This document shows, in pieces, positions 24,501-35,049 of a DNA stretch of 64,000 nucleotides (position 1 is the stretch's first letter; every line of letters begins with the position of its first letter). Source of the stretch: Ascoidea asiatica JCM 7603 (Eukaryota > Fungi > Ascomycota); contig BCKQ01000015.1 of assembly GCA_001600695.1 (NCBI GenBank), positions 1-64,000 on the forward strand, written 5' to 3'. Under the pieces are notes generated by a model that saw only the letters and a program-made list of their open reading frames with translations, was not told the DNA's origin and made no database searches. The translations under genes and the position numbers were made by a program.

Positions 24501-24591
24501 TGGAACTATTAGGAGAAATTCAGAATATAACGGAATAAAAAGAAAACAAAATGATGAAATTGCTCATTCTTCAAAGCGACAAGCTTTGTGA
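21574..24591 (+). CDS. SET2: Histone H3K36 methyltransferase
   Basis: AWS (CINRLTFVEC, NQRFQK), SET (ARFINHSCNPN, GEEITFDY), post-SET, degenerate WW and a C-terminal SRI-like region. Confidence 0.95.
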   Translation: MDLKNKPIHFNEIVEVDDNDEFDDLQELENFYSDNNNNNIIKQDSSVTNINSKINSNIDINISINNDNYKDNDDKNIHNNIDSDFDNNIHNDNHNQIITNENSNENLKENKDENAESKYQFFLDYEDKTQEALKTFSTLKQSTYINKTIGNSNQEEMTCDCKRDYDPILKINKACNDDSDCINRLTFVECTNNTCLHCGEDCSNQRFQKNQYSKISIIKTLKKGYGVRSEQIINQNQFIYEYIGEVIDLKVFQERTIEYDKLNFKHFYFMMLQKNQFIDATIKGSLARFINHSCNPNAYVDKWIVGDKLRMGIFAKRKILKGEEITFDYNVDRYGAEPQPCYCNESNCQGFMGGKTQTNSINFLPNLFLEALGISQSHQIAWFKNMKHKGFSELTNDDYLYSLNYIEDKDKDEDVDENISTDTDEVNDNDNNKTKDESKNIDDLDKYDVNKILTALLQSNNPLLSLRLLQRLTLIKNESLKFDIIRFHGYKILKSILLKFYLNNDSDNSPNGNQSPIELHTVEKLPIENDEEKVKINKKLVNKSKFSFKNEIAKFTLINLKYLPTITRNKIESTKIEQIIEQVIEETNNINDNNNNNNNSNNNEKDLEEDLEKDSVFIKDVQKLSIKLLESWNKLTMGYRIQKNDNNNNNNYSNNTTNKEKDKDNNLTLFNSFDKTVHDNVRLPENWEWKNVYDKTNKTSKIIFFNTLTGQELDKRPDLEKYNKIIETRKNNDNDHFIRIKKEKERRKMRIYEENQRKKQLQLEELNEKKLREQRELDEKRKRDEETLKNIIKKAEEISKQKAIEEKLEKEEQMKKEQAEIAALKRKSKSSSNGKYDSKKSKQNRHQYHHSTKNPVEYKWKNLFAKYVPNMVGKHEHAIGYDNVKKCAKEIVEVLTAKELKRSKDIKDPVPDSLNEQKRRNVKYFTKNYMNSFLLKYDKTHSNKDSIDNKSRYKDISNGNGNENKSQNGHSAANGNGTIRRNSEYNGIKRKQNDEIAHSSKRQAL

Positions 24592-25052
24592 TTCAGTCCT
24601 AACAATTTTCCATTTTACATAACTACGTTCACAAATCATTAATTCCACTTCTTATTCCTGTTAAGTACCTTTGCATAACAGCGTGTATAATTCTATGTTT
24701 CAATATGCTTTTCTTCCTTCTCAATTATGTAAACTGCTACCTTTTGACTTAGATTTCAACAGAATATAAGAATACTCCACATTAATATATCATAGGAGTA
24801 TTTTAGTATTTTTCTTTGATATCGTCTCTAGTCAATTTCATGTTTTTTTATGTAAGAATATAATTTATATGATCTGGACTGGGAAGGAAAGTCACCTAAA
24901 CTTGAATCTTTTTCAACTGAAATCTTGACACCAAAAAAAAAAAAAAAATTGTGAAACCAAAATTACAGGTCTTCTAGCCACGTTTAAAGTTACCTATCCA
25001 TAAACAGGCTAGTGCATTCATTTCATTGTCTTGCACGGTTTTCAAAAACCGC

Positions 25053-25084
25053 AAATTTTTCAATTTCCGGATTTAGTTACCCGG
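25053..25084. promoter_or_regulatory. RRPE (TGAAAAATTT, minus strand) plus Reb1-type TTACCCGG upstream of PRT1
   Basis: AAATTTTTCA at 25053-25062 and TTACCCGG at 25077-25084, about 180-210 bp before the ATG. Confidence 0.5.
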
Positions 25085-25261
25085 CTCTAGCTGTGTTGGA
25101 ATCTTTTCAAGAGAAGTGAAGATTTTTCAACTGCAATCACAGAAATAATGAAAAAAGCCCAGAGAGACTAGAAGGAGAAGACAGATATTAAAGTTGTTTT
25201 TGTTTATCAAGAGCAAGTAAATAAGTAAATAAGTAAATAACTATAAGCCAAGGAATACAAG

Positions 25262-27526
25262 ATGACCCTTGAAGATATAGATGAATCATTACTCCATCTA
25301 GATGATATTGACTTCTCTGATTTGGAGCAGAAATATGAAGTTCATCCAGACTTAGGAATCGATAATTATATTGTCATAGATGGTATACCAATTGCCCCAA
25401 AAGAAAAATTGCCAAAATTACAACAAGTTTTAACCACAAAATTATTCAAACCAATCGGTTGTAGGCCGTTAGCAGGAGAAGATGGTTTTTATATTCCAGT
25501 TGATACAAAAACTAATAAATCAAAAGGATTCTGTTTTGTTCAATTTCAAACAAATGAAATGGCAGAATTAGCTATAAAAAAAATCAATGGTAAAAGATTT
25601 GATGCAAAACATCGATTATTTTTAAATAAATTAGCTGATGTTGAAAAGTTTGGTACTAAAAATATATCTGAAGATAATTTCAAATTACCAGAAATCCCCC
25701 CTTTTGAGCAACCTGATTATATTAAATCTTGGTTAAAAGATCCTAAAGGAAGAGATCAGTTTGTTTTACATCATAATGATACCGTCGGTGTTTATTGGGA
25801 TAATAAAGTTGGTAAACCTGAAGCAGTTGTACCTTCAAGACCAAATTGGACTTCAACTTGTGTAAAATTTTCTCCACTAGGTTCTTACTTATTTTCAATT
25901 CATCCACAAGGTGCTCAATCTTGGGGTAGATCTAATTTTGATAAAATTAAGCAATTTTTTCATCCAAATGTAAGATTTCTTGATGTTTCCCCACAAGAAA
26001 ATTATTTAGTAACTTTATCTCCTGAACCAATTGCTTTACCTCCCCAAGATCATCCAAGTAGGGATTCTTTCCCATTTGGTGAAAAAGATGTAGGTAATCA
26101 ATTAGTAGTTTGGGAAATTATTACCGGATTACCTAAAAAAACTTTTTCATTACCACCAAATTTACAACAATCAAAAAAAATGCAATGGCCTTTAATCAAA
26201 TGGAGTCCTGATGATAAATTTTGTGCAAGAGCTGGTCCTGATGCAATTGCTGTTTATGAAACTGAAACAATGTCTTTATTAGATAAACAATTAATCAAAA
26301 TACCTGGTATTGTTGATTTTGAGTGGGCCCCAGCTTGCGTTTCATTAGCTGCAAATAAAAAAACATTGCCTCCAAGTAATGTAATTGCATATTGGGTTCC
26401 AGAAATTGAAAATCAACCTGCAAGAATTTCAATAATGGAAATTCCAAGTAAAACTATTTTAAGATCTGTTAATGTATTTTCAGTTAGTGATTGTAAAATC
26501 CATTGGCAAAATGAAGGTAAATTATTATGTTGTAAAGTTGATCGTCATACAAAATCTGGTAAAACTCAATTTACAAATTTAAAATTTTTTCAAATGACTG
26601 AAAAAGATATTCCTGTTGAAAATCTTGAATTAACTGATGTTGTAATAAATTTTGCTTGGGAACCTAAAGGTATTAGATTTGTTACGATTTCTACAAATGG
26701 TCAAACTGATGATAATCCCTTACCAAAAAATATTATAAGATTTTATGCTCAAGAAATTGATAAGGTTCAAATTAGTACATCTCTGTCAAATTCAACTTTC
26801 TCTAATAAAAAGGGTAAAAAAAATAGAAAACAGATTTCAGCACCTGTTGCTCAACTTAAAAAATATGAAGTTGTAAAAGAATTTGATAAAAAACGTTCGA
26901 ATACAATAAGTTGGTCACCTAAAGGAAGATTTGTTGTTGTTTCAACTATTTTACCTCAAAGACCAGATATGGAATTTTTTGATATGGATTATGTTGAAAA
27001 TAATAATGAAAATACAAATACAAATGGAAAAATAATTCAAGCGAATGTCAAACTTATTGGTAGTTTGGAACATTTTGGTTTAGTTGATCTTTCTTGGGAT
27101 CCATCTGGACGTTACATTGCTGCTTGGTCTTCTGCATGGAGACATAATATCGAAAATGGGTTTAAAATTTATGATATTGGTGGATCTATTATTAAACATG
27201 AATTAATAGATAATTTCAAAGAATTTCTTTGGAGACCAAGACCCGCTTCATTATTAACAGCAAATGATAAAAAGAGAGTACGTAAACAATTACGTGAATA
27301 TTCTGCTCAATTTTATGAGCAAGATTCAATGGAAGCTTCTGCGGAAGTTAGAGATTTAATCTTGAAACGTCGTGCATTATTGGATGAATGGAGTACTTTT
27401 AGATCTAATATGCATTCAAAATTAGAAAAATTAGGATTCAAAGAAGATGTTGGCGAAACAGAAGGAGAAATAATTGAAGAAATTAAAGAAGAAATCCTTG
27501 AGGAGAAAGAAGAAATCATTGAATGA
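25262..27526 (+). CDS. PRT1: Translation initiation factor eIF3 subunit b
   Basis: N-terminal RRM (SKGFCFVQF), beta-propeller, WDPSGRY and WRPRP motifs. Confidence 0.96.
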   Translation: MTLEDIDESLLHLDDIDFSDLEQKYEVHPDLGIDNYIVIDGIPIAPKEKLPKLQQVLTTKLFKPIGCRPLAGEDGFYIPVDTKTNKSKGFCFVQFQTNEMAELAIKKINGKRFDAKHRLFLNKLADVEKFGTKNISEDNFKLPEIPPFEQPDYIKSWLKDPKGRDQFVLHHNDTVGVYWDNKVGKPEAVVPSRPNWTSTCVKFSPLGSYLFSIHPQGAQSWGRSNFDKIKQFFHPNVRFLDVSPQENYLVTLSPEPIALPPQDHPSRDSFPFGEKDVGNQLVVWEIITGLPKKTFSLPPNLQQSKKMQWPLIKWSPDDKFCARAGPDAIAVYETETMSLLDKQLIKIPGIVDFEWAPACVSLAANKKTLPPSNVIAYWVPEIENQPARISIMEIPSKTILRSVNVFSVSDCKIHWQNEGKLLCCKVDRHTKSGKTQFTNLKFFQMTEKDIPVENLELTDVVINFAWEPKGIRFVTISTNGQTDDNPLPKNIIRFYAQEIDKVQISTSLSNSTFSNKKGKKNRKQISAPVAQLKKYEVVKEFDKKRSNTISWSPKGRFVVVSTILPQRPDMEFFDMDYVENNNENTNTNGKIIQANVKLIGSLEHFGLVDLSWDPSGRYIAAWSSAWRHNIENGFKIYDIGGSIIKHELIDNFKEFLWRPRPASLLTANDKKRVRKQLREYSAQFYEQDSMEASAEVRDLILKRRALLDEWSTFRSNMHSKLEKLGFKEDVGETEGEIIEEIKEEILEEKEEIIE

Positions 27527-28022
27527 TTTATCATTTACACTTAAATTTATTTTCTGAAATGATTTTGTAGTGTGTTTCGTATTCCTTACATATTTATATA
27601 GGTATTTTATTTTATAAATGCTAGTTTTACTAAGATAAAAATCTATTTTGTACTGTTTTACTAATAGTAAACAATTTTTATTTTCTGGGGGTATATTAAA
27701 TATGTCTTTGCAATAATTCACAATTTCCATTTTAAGCCTAATGAATCAACTTTTAAACCTTGTTTTAGAGTAAATAGTAATAAATCTGAACTACACCGAC
27801 ACAGCGCTTCTTTTCTTTTTTGGAGGTTATTTGAATTTTCATGCGCTAAACTTTCGAAAACGAAATAACGAAAAAAAGAGAATAAATAAATTATAAATCA
27901 ATATTCTTTTTTGATAATGTGTAATGTTTCTGCTAATATTAATGATAAAGAATTTTATTGCTATATTAAATATTACTCCTGTTTCCTTAAAAGAAGGAAA
28001 TCTATAATTCGTTTATCAAAAA

Positions 28023-28943
28023 ATGAAATACACTGAGTCTTTTGCATACTTACTTTCATTCATAATAGCTTCATCTTATGTATTAATTTTATATTTTTCA
28101 TCTAAGACAAGAACTAATGGTCAAACGATAACCAGAGATGATCCAACTTTAATAAAATTGAGGTTGGAAAAGGTTCTAGGATTAAGTCTTTTTTGGTTGA
28201 TTGCGATTCCTATAATACTTACAACTTTAGGAGTTGTGAATAACTTAATTCAAGGAATTTCAGTTCTTGGAATTATTCCTGGGTTAAAATATACTCATGA
28301 TTCTTTCAAGTTTAAGTTAGATTATGTTTATATTTATACAAACGATATTGTGAAGTCACTACTTCTAATTTCAATTTTGTTTGTTGGACCTTTATTCAAT
28401 TATTGCTTTTTGGAAGTTGACTTGTATGGAGCAAGACAAAACATTTTTAAAAATTATTTTAGAGAATCAATAACTTTGAGAGGGTGTAGAGATTTACTAG
28501 TTGGTCCTTTCACAGAAGAGTTTATATATACAAGTTGTATCCTTTCTTGTTTATATCCAATGAATACAATTGGTTTGGATGTTTTAATTTTTTTAATTCC
28601 TCTATTTTTTGGTCTTGCTCATCTTCATCATGGTTATGAATTATACAAAACTGGGGATAATGCTCTCAAGTTTATTATAATGGTTTGCTCTTTTCAATTT
28701 GCGTACACCTCGTTATTTGGTATGATTACGAATTATATTTTTTTGAGAACTGGAAATGTTTGGTGTTGTTTTGTAGTTCATTCATTTTGCAATTTCATGG
28801 GATTCCCTACTTTTAATCCACAAACAGAAAAAAAAATATGGAAATTTACATATTTTTCGCTTTTAATTTTAGGTGTAGCTGGCTTTACCTATTTTTTGAA
28901 ACCATTAACAGAAACTATATTATCACCAATACATTGGTATTGA
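28023..28943 (+). CDS. RCE1: CAAX prenyl protease 2
   Basis: RDDP, GPFTEEFIY, FFGLAHLHH and HSFCNFMGFP motifs, multi-TM. Confidence 0.94.
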   Translation: MKYTESFAYLLSFIIASSYVLILYFSSKTRTNGQTITRDDPTLIKLRLEKVLGLSLFWLIAIPIILTTLGVVNNLIQGISVLGIIPGLKYTHDSFKFKLDYVYIYTNDIVKSLLLISILFVGPLFNYCFLEVDLYGARQNIFKNYFRESITLRGCRDLLVGPFTEEFIYTSCILSCLYPMNTIGLDVLIFLIPLFFGLAHLHHGYELYKTGDNALKFIIMVCSFQFAYTSLFGMITNYIFLRTGNVWCCFVVHSFCNFMGFPTFNPQTEKKIWKFTYFSLLILGVAGFTYFLKPLTETILSPIHWY

Positions 28944-29036
28944 ACATTAAAATTATAAAAAAATTTATTATAGCTTTATAATACATATATTTAGAGACCT
29001 AGTAAAATCATTAAAGTCATTTATTTTGATGAGTAA

Positions 29037-30728
29037 TTAATCGAGTAGAGCTTTGTCATAAACCTTAGCTTCTCTCCAATATCCATCTACATTAAATCGT
29101 TTTAGAATTTCTATTGCCTCTACCTCTGTTTTATTCTCATATAAAGACCATTTCTTAAAATGCATTTCTTTTATTTGACCTTCCCATATTATTTCGCATT
29201 TATTACCAGCCAAATTTAATGGCTCATCATTTGAATCGCTAACGATAGAATTTTTCTTGTTATTGATTTCAGTGTCTTGCTGCTTTGGAACTACATTTTC
29301 TTCCCAATTTATTCTTCTAGTCATTAACTTTTTATATGAATTTAATGATTTCATACCACCTTCAAGAATTAATAAAGTAAATTGATCAGTAACTGAAACA
29401 CCTATACCAACTAATTTTAATTGGCATGCATTAACATTGATTTTAAATTTATGTTGAGGATTTACTAATTTATCGATTTTATAAACAGTCGAGTAAATAC
29501 CATTGTATTCAATATCTCTCTCCAAATTCTTAGAGAATTTTTCCATCTTTTCATGAGAACTCAATTTTCTTTTTTCATTTTCTTCCATATGTTTCAATCT
29601 TCTCATTTCAACTTCTTTTTTAACTCTTAATTCAATTTTGGTAGGATCCTTTATTGCCTCATTTGTTAAAACATTCATTAAATTTTTTAATTTAACTTTA
29701 GGTGCTGGTGTAGGTTCAAGCCCTAAAGCAATTTTATCTTGTTTTTCTTTATGGATTTCTTGCCTTCTCTGTTTTCGTATTCTTTTCAATTCTTTTTTAG
29801 TTAAAAATAAAGGTTTTATTGGTTTTTTATATTCTTCCCAAGGTGAGGAAATTGGAACAGGATGTTGAATATATTTAGTAATATTTTTTTTATCAATAAC
29901 TGTATCCAAATTTTCTTCTGTTATATCTCTATAAGTTAAATTAGGCTTTAATACGTCAAAATCCCACCATTCTACTAAAGGTGGTTTCTTTAAAGCATAA
30001 CTTGATTCATCAATAAATTCATCGGGATATTGGTCCCTATGAAGTTGTTTCAATTTTTCTAGTTCTTTTTGTTCTTCTTCTTTTTTTTTTTTCTCTTCTT
30101 GTTCTTTCCTTAATTCCTCTGCTAAAGCAATATATTTACCCTTTTCATTGAAAGTTAAATTTTTTTTCATTTTCCTTTGTGAAGGATTATTTACTTTGAA
30201 ATTATTTGGATTGAAATAGGGATTTAAATCAAATTTTGTAACTCCTGGTCTTAATTTCTGATTTATTGTCATTAAATTATTCTGCGAAGAGATTTTTACT
30301 TTATTTGGTAGTTCTCTAGTTGAATCCCTTAAAAGAGGATGTATTTGAACATTTAAACCTAAAGGTTGAGAAATTGGTGAATGATTATCACCTTTGCCCT
30401 TTAATTTTTGAAGTTTTTTCTTTCGAAATGCTATTCTTTCAGCTAGTGTTGGAAGTGTAGTGACATCAATCTCTTCTTTCTTCGGTTCATGTGGAATTGA
30501 TGCATCTTTTTTTAGAGATAAAATTCTCTCCTTTGCTCTTTTGATAGCTTGTTTTTTTTCTTCCTCAGATAAAGAACTATTGTTATTATTAGTATTATTG
30601 TTATCGCTATTGTTATTACCTATATTATTATAAGTATCGCGATTGTTTCCTCGATATCTCTTCCTAGGATTTGAATATGGATTGCTATAAGAATCGTTTC
30701 TATGATAATCTCTTTTGCGATTACTCAT
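29037..30728 (-). CDS. PRP3: U4/U6.U5 tri-snRNP protein Prp3
   Basis: VEWWD, YIQHP, LFLTKKELKRIRKQRR, KVKLKNLMNVL, DPTKIE and NKCEIIWEG. Confidence 0.94.
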   Translation of the reverse strand: MSNRKRDYHRNDSYSNPYSNPRKRYRGNNRDTYNNIGNNNSDNNNTNNNNSSLSEEEKKQAIKRAKERILSLKKDASIPHEPKKEEIDVTTLPTLAERIAFRKKKLQKLKGKGDNHSPISQPLGLNVQIHPLLRDSTRELPNKVKISSQNNLMTINQKLRPGVTKFDLNPYFNPNNFKVNNPSQRKMKKNLTFNEKGKYIALAEELRKEQEEKKKKEEEQKELEKLKQLHRDQYPDEFIDESSYALKKPPLVEWWDFDVLKPNLTYRDITEENLDTVIDKKNITKYIQHPVPISSPWEEYKKPIKPLFLTKKELKRIRKQRRQEIHKEKQDKIALGLEPTPAPKVKLKNLMNVLTNEAIKDPTKIELRVKKEVEMRRLKHMEENEKRKLSSHEKMEKFSKNLERDIEYNGIYSTVYKIDKLVNPQHKFKINVNACQLKLVGIGVSVTDQFTLLILEGGMKSLNSYKKLMTRRINWEENVVPKQQDTEINNKKNSIVSDSNDEPLNLAGNKCEIIWEGQIKEMHFKKWSLYENKTEVEAIEILKRFNVDGYWREAKVYDKALLD

Positions 30729-31016
30729 TATGTTGAAACTATTTGCAAAGATAAAGTTTTCTTGAGTTAAAAACTATTCAATAAAAATCAAAATGTTGAA
30801 CAATGACAAAAAAATGAAGGATGAGAAGAATCAAAATTGAATTTTTGTTGATAAAAGATGCAAATCACGGGAAAGACTAATTTTATTTTTTAGAATAATT
30901 TTTCTATTTAATCAAAGAAGAAAAGATTTAGAATAGTATTTGGTTTGAAATAATATAATTCATTAAAAATCAATCAATATATTGTCAGATACTTGATTGT
31001 TTTATATATTTGTAAG

Positions 31017-33467
31017 ATGAGTTCTGTTGGAGAATGGAAAGAAATCAAAGATCCATCGGGAAGAACATATTATTATAATACTGTTACTAAACAAACTGCA
31101 TGGCAAAAGCCAAAGGAAGACTCAAGGCCAAAAGTTACTGCAACAGAAGTAGCAATAAATAATAATAAATCAATAAAAACATCGAATGGAATATCTTTAT
31201 CCAATTCTTTTACTGATGAATTGATTGATAAGGCTATTTTGAATACAAAATGGAAGAAATATATATCTGTTGAGAATAATAATAAACCATATTATTATAA
31301 TTCAGAAACTAAAATTACTACATGGAAATTACCAGAAGAAATTCAATTAAAAATTAAACAATCATTAAAAACAGATATTGAACATAACTCTGAATTTAAT
31401 AATGGGATAAATTCATTGAGAGGTAAAAGAAAATTAGAAAATTCAAATGGACATTCAAATTCTAATTTAGAATTAAATAGATTAAGTAATGAAAATAATT
31501 TAGAAAATTCAATTAATAAAAGAATTAAAAGTGATAAAAATATTAATGAATTAAAAGAAAATGATGATAAGAAAATTATTTTATCAAGTGAGGATAATAA
31601 AAATCTAACTCAAAAATTGAAAAATCCAAGTAAATTACCACTTTCTCTTATAACAATACCAAAACCACCTATAGAATTTTTAAACTGTAAAAAAGAATTT
31701 TTTCAAATGCTAAGAGAATATTCAGTTGATGCAACTTGGTCATTTAAAAAAATTATTGAAACTTTTATAAAAGATTTAAGATATTGGGGAATTGAAGACT
31801 CATTAGATAGAAAAAAATATTTTCAAGAATTTTTAATTAATAGAACTAAAGAAGAATTAATTAATGAAAGTAATTCAAAAGAAAAATTTAATCAAGCATT
31901 TATAAATTTACTAAATTCATTAAAAAAAGAAAATAAAATTCATTATTATTCAAGATGGAAAACAATTAGAAGATTAATTCAAGATGAACCAATTTATTTA
32001 CATTCAATTATAACGGAAACTGAAAAGAAAAATTGTTTTAATGATTATATAAATAAATTAAAAGAAGAAAAATTGGAAAAATTTAATGAATTAAAAAAAC
32101 AAGCAATAAATCAATTAAATGATTATTTTAAAGATTTTTTAATTAAAAAAAATATTTTATCGATTAATAATGATTGGAAATTTGTTTATAAATTTATTAA
32201 AAATGATAAAAGATTTAAAGAAAATAAAAATTTAAAAATTTTAAATAATTTAGATTTAATTAAATGTTATGAAATTAATTATAAGATTATTGAAGAAAAA
32301 ATTTTAAAAGAAATTAAAGAAATTGAGAAAATTAATTATAGAAATAATAGAATTTCAAGAGATAATTTTAATAAATTATTAACTGAATTAAATTCAAATG
32401 GCAAAATTAATGTTGATAGTAAGTTTAAAGATATTTATCCATTGATTAAAAATGATTCAAGATTTATAAATTTAAATGGTAGAAATGGATCAAATGCAAT
32501 TGAAATTTTTTTAGATTTAATTGAAGAAAAAGAATTATTATTGAGAACAAAAAAAGATATAATATTTAATATATTGCTTGAACGTAATATAAAGATTATT
32601 AATAACAATAATATCAAAATCAAAAAAGATTCCAAAAATAAATTTTTAGAAATAATTGAAGAAAAAAAAGAAAAAGATGATAAATTTATAATAGATCTTA
32701 AAACAATAGATTTAATTTATGAAAGATTAATAAAACAAGAATTAAATGATATTTATAAAAATAAGAAAATCATTGAAAAAAGATATATTGATAAAAGATT
32801 AAATTTAGGTAGTTTTTTGAAAAAATTAGTCATTAAAGATATTAGTTTCAAAGAGAATGATAAAACTAAAGATCCAATATTATATATTGAAAATAATTTG
32901 AATGAATTAAGTAAATTAAAATATGAAACTAATTATTCAAACAAATTAACTAAAGAAAAAGAATTCATTGAATTTCAAGACTATTTAAAGAAAAACCAAA
33001 TAATATTATTTAGTAAAGAATATAGGAGTTTCAATAATGCTGAAGAATATTTCAAAAAATTTGAGAATAATCTTGAAGAACTAATTGAAGAAAACAATGA
33101 AGAAGCGAAAGAAAATAAGATAAATATTGAAGAAGAAATTAAAAAAGAAATGGAAGATATTTTCAAAACAGGAATCAAATCAGTGAAAGAGAAGTTAATG
33201 GAAGAACAAAGGAAAAGAGAAAGAGAAAAAAGAGAAAGAAGATTTGATAATGGAATTGGAGGAATGAGAATGGGAATTGGAATGGGAATGGGTATAAACC
33301 GAGGAATGAACAGCAATAAACCAATGAGTGGGCGAAATGGAGTCAGTTCCAGTGGCAGTTCTGGGGGAAACAATGCTGGCTCAGGCTCTGGCCCTGGTGG
33401 TTCTGCTGGTGGTGGTGGTTCTGTTTCTGGTGGTGCTGCTGCTGAAGAAGTCGAGCTCGATTACTGA
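31017..33467 (+). CDS. PRP40: U1 snRNP protein Prp40
   Basis: Two N-terminal WW domains, FF repeats (VDATWSF, GRNGSNAIEIF) and C-terminal VELDY. ATG at 31017. Confidence 0.92.
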   Translation: MSSVGEWKEIKDPSGRTYYYNTVTKQTAWQKPKEDSRPKVTATEVAINNNKSIKTSNGISLSNSFTDELIDKAILNTKWKKYISVENNNKPYYYNSETKITTWKLPEEIQLKIKQSLKTDIEHNSEFNNGINSLRGKRKLENSNGHSNSNLELNRLSNENNLENSINKRIKSDKNINELKENDDKKIILSSEDNKNLTQKLKNPSKLPLSLITIPKPPIEFLNCKKEFFQMLREYSVDATWSFKKIIETFIKDLRYWGIEDSLDRKKYFQEFLINRTKEELINESNSKEKFNQAFINLLNSLKKENKIHYYSRWKTIRRLIQDEPIYLHSIITETEKKNCFNDYINKLKEEKLEKFNELKKQAINQLNDYFKDFLIKKNILSINNDWKFVYKFIKNDKRFKENKNLKILNNLDLIKCYEINYKIIEEKILKEIKEIEKINYRNNRISRDNFNKLLTELNSNGKINVDSKFKDIYPLIKNDSRFINLNGRNGSNAIEIFLDLIEEKELLLRTKKDIIFNILLERNIKIINNNNIKIKKDSKNKFLEIIEEKKEKDDKFIIDLKTIDLIYERLIKQELNDIYKNKKIIEKRYIDKRLNLGSFLKKLVIKDISFKENDKTKDPILYIENNLNELSKLKYETNYSNKLTKEKEFIEFQDYLKKNQIILFSKEYRSFNNAEEYFKKFENNLEELIEENNEEAKENKINIEEEIKKEMEDIFKTGIKSVKEKLMEEQRKREREKRERRFDNGIGGMRMGIGMGMGINRGMNSNKPMSGRNGVSSSGSSGGNNAGSGSGPGGSAGGGGSVSGGAAAEEVELDY

Positions 33468-33781
33468 ACCACAAACCGGAAAGAGACCATGGTTGTGGAC
33501 GGCCTTCTCTGCTGACGTCAGCACCGTGTCAGCAGCGAGCCTTGAGATCAGACTAAAGGAGACTGAGTGAGTGAGTGGTGATTTCTGAACAACGCCAGTG
33601 TGCAAATTGCTTGGTGAATCTGAAAGAAGGTATTAAAATGTATTTACTCTTAGATGTCAAGTTTGACTGAATGATGATAATCGTAATAATAGTAACATAC
33701 TTGTATTATATTTAGTTACAATTCAGTTTATTATAGTCTGTTATATTACATTATATTATAGTTCATTATATTAATATCAAA

Positions 33782-34436
33782 ATGGTATGTAAATAAGTTT
33801 TCGGATTACAGATTAGGTAGTCAATTCTGTTTTTATTGCTAAATATATATATATATTAAAATTATTAAATTAGAGATTAAATACTTACAATTAAAATTTT
33901 TGAATTCAATTATATTATGAATGAAATAGTCACAATCTTTAAAACCATACTTAACAGCGGTTCGAAGTTCATTGACTGCTGCAATGACTTTAGAAGACTT
34001 TGCTTCACAAATAGTTGAAAGACATAATAGACCAGAAATTGAAAGTAAAAAAACTAGAGAAGTTTTATTAAATCCAATGTTAATTTGTCGTAATGAAAAT
34101 GAAAAAATTTTAATTGAACCAAGTATTAATTCAATTAGAGTTTCAATTAAAATTAAACAAAGTGATGAAATTGAAAATATTTTAGTTCATCAATTTACAA
34201 GATTTTTAACTTCAAGAGCAGAACAATTTTTTATATTAAGAAGAAAATCAATTCCAGGTTATGATATTAGTTTTTTAATTACAAATTATCATACAAATAA
34301 AATGTTAAAATTTAAATTAGTTGATTTTATTATTGAATTTATGGAAGATGTTGATAAAGAAATTAGTGAAATGAAATTATTTCTAAATTCAAGAGCAAGA
34401 TTTGTAGCTGAAGCTTATTTAACTCCATTTGATTAA
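33782..34436 (+). CDS. ARC19: Arp2/3 complex subunit ARPC4; exons 33782-33784 and 33930-34436
   Basis: ATG|GTATGT, branch TACTTAC at 33882-33888, TAG at 33927-33929. The spliced N-terminus is [13 protein letters not shown], followed by VERHNRPE and GYDISFLIT. Confidence 0.95.
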
Positions 34437-34539
34437 ATTTTTTTATATATATATTATTATTATATTATTATATATTATAAATTATTTAATCTCAAATTAC
34501 AAATTTCAAATTAAAATTACCTACTTTTTATTATATAAT

Positions 34540-35049
34540 TCATTCATCTCGTTGAATAATTGTAGATAATCCCATTATTGCTAATAATGCATATTTAAAA
34601 TATAAATTTTCTGTAATTAAAATTGTTAAATAACCTAATTTTGGTAAATATCCTTTAACAATACCTAATAAATCATTTTGTCTATTTAAATATATTTGAT
34701 TTTTATTATATAATGGTATATCATTTGATGGATTATTATCACCTTTTGTTAATAAAAATTGTTTTAATTTTTTTAAACTTTTATATTCATTCATAACTCT
34801 ATGAACAATTGGAATTGGTCTATTTTTAACTTGATAAACAACAATATCTCCAACATCAACAAATGTTTGTCTATTATTTAAAAATAAAATATCTCCTCTT
34901 TGAAATGCTGGTTCCATTGAACCTGATAATACAACAACTATTGGACTTTCTGAATTAGTTATTAATGATAATGTTTTCCATATCATAAATGCTGATGATA
35001 AAACTAAAGAAAATTGTAGTATTTGACTCAAATTTTGACGTATATTCAT
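34540..35049 (-). CDS. SEC11: Signal peptidase complex catalytic subunit
   Basis: [25 protein letters not shown] and LTKGDNN. Confidence 0.97.
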   Translation of the reverse strand: MNIRQNLSQILQFSLVLSSAFMIWKTLSLITNSESPIVVVLSGSMEPAFQRGDILFLNNRQTFVDVGDIVVYQVKNRPIPIVHRVMNEYKSLKKLKQFLLTKGDNNPSNDIPLYNKNQIYLNRQNDLLGIVKGYLPKLGYLTILITENLYFKYALLAIMGLSTIIQRDE

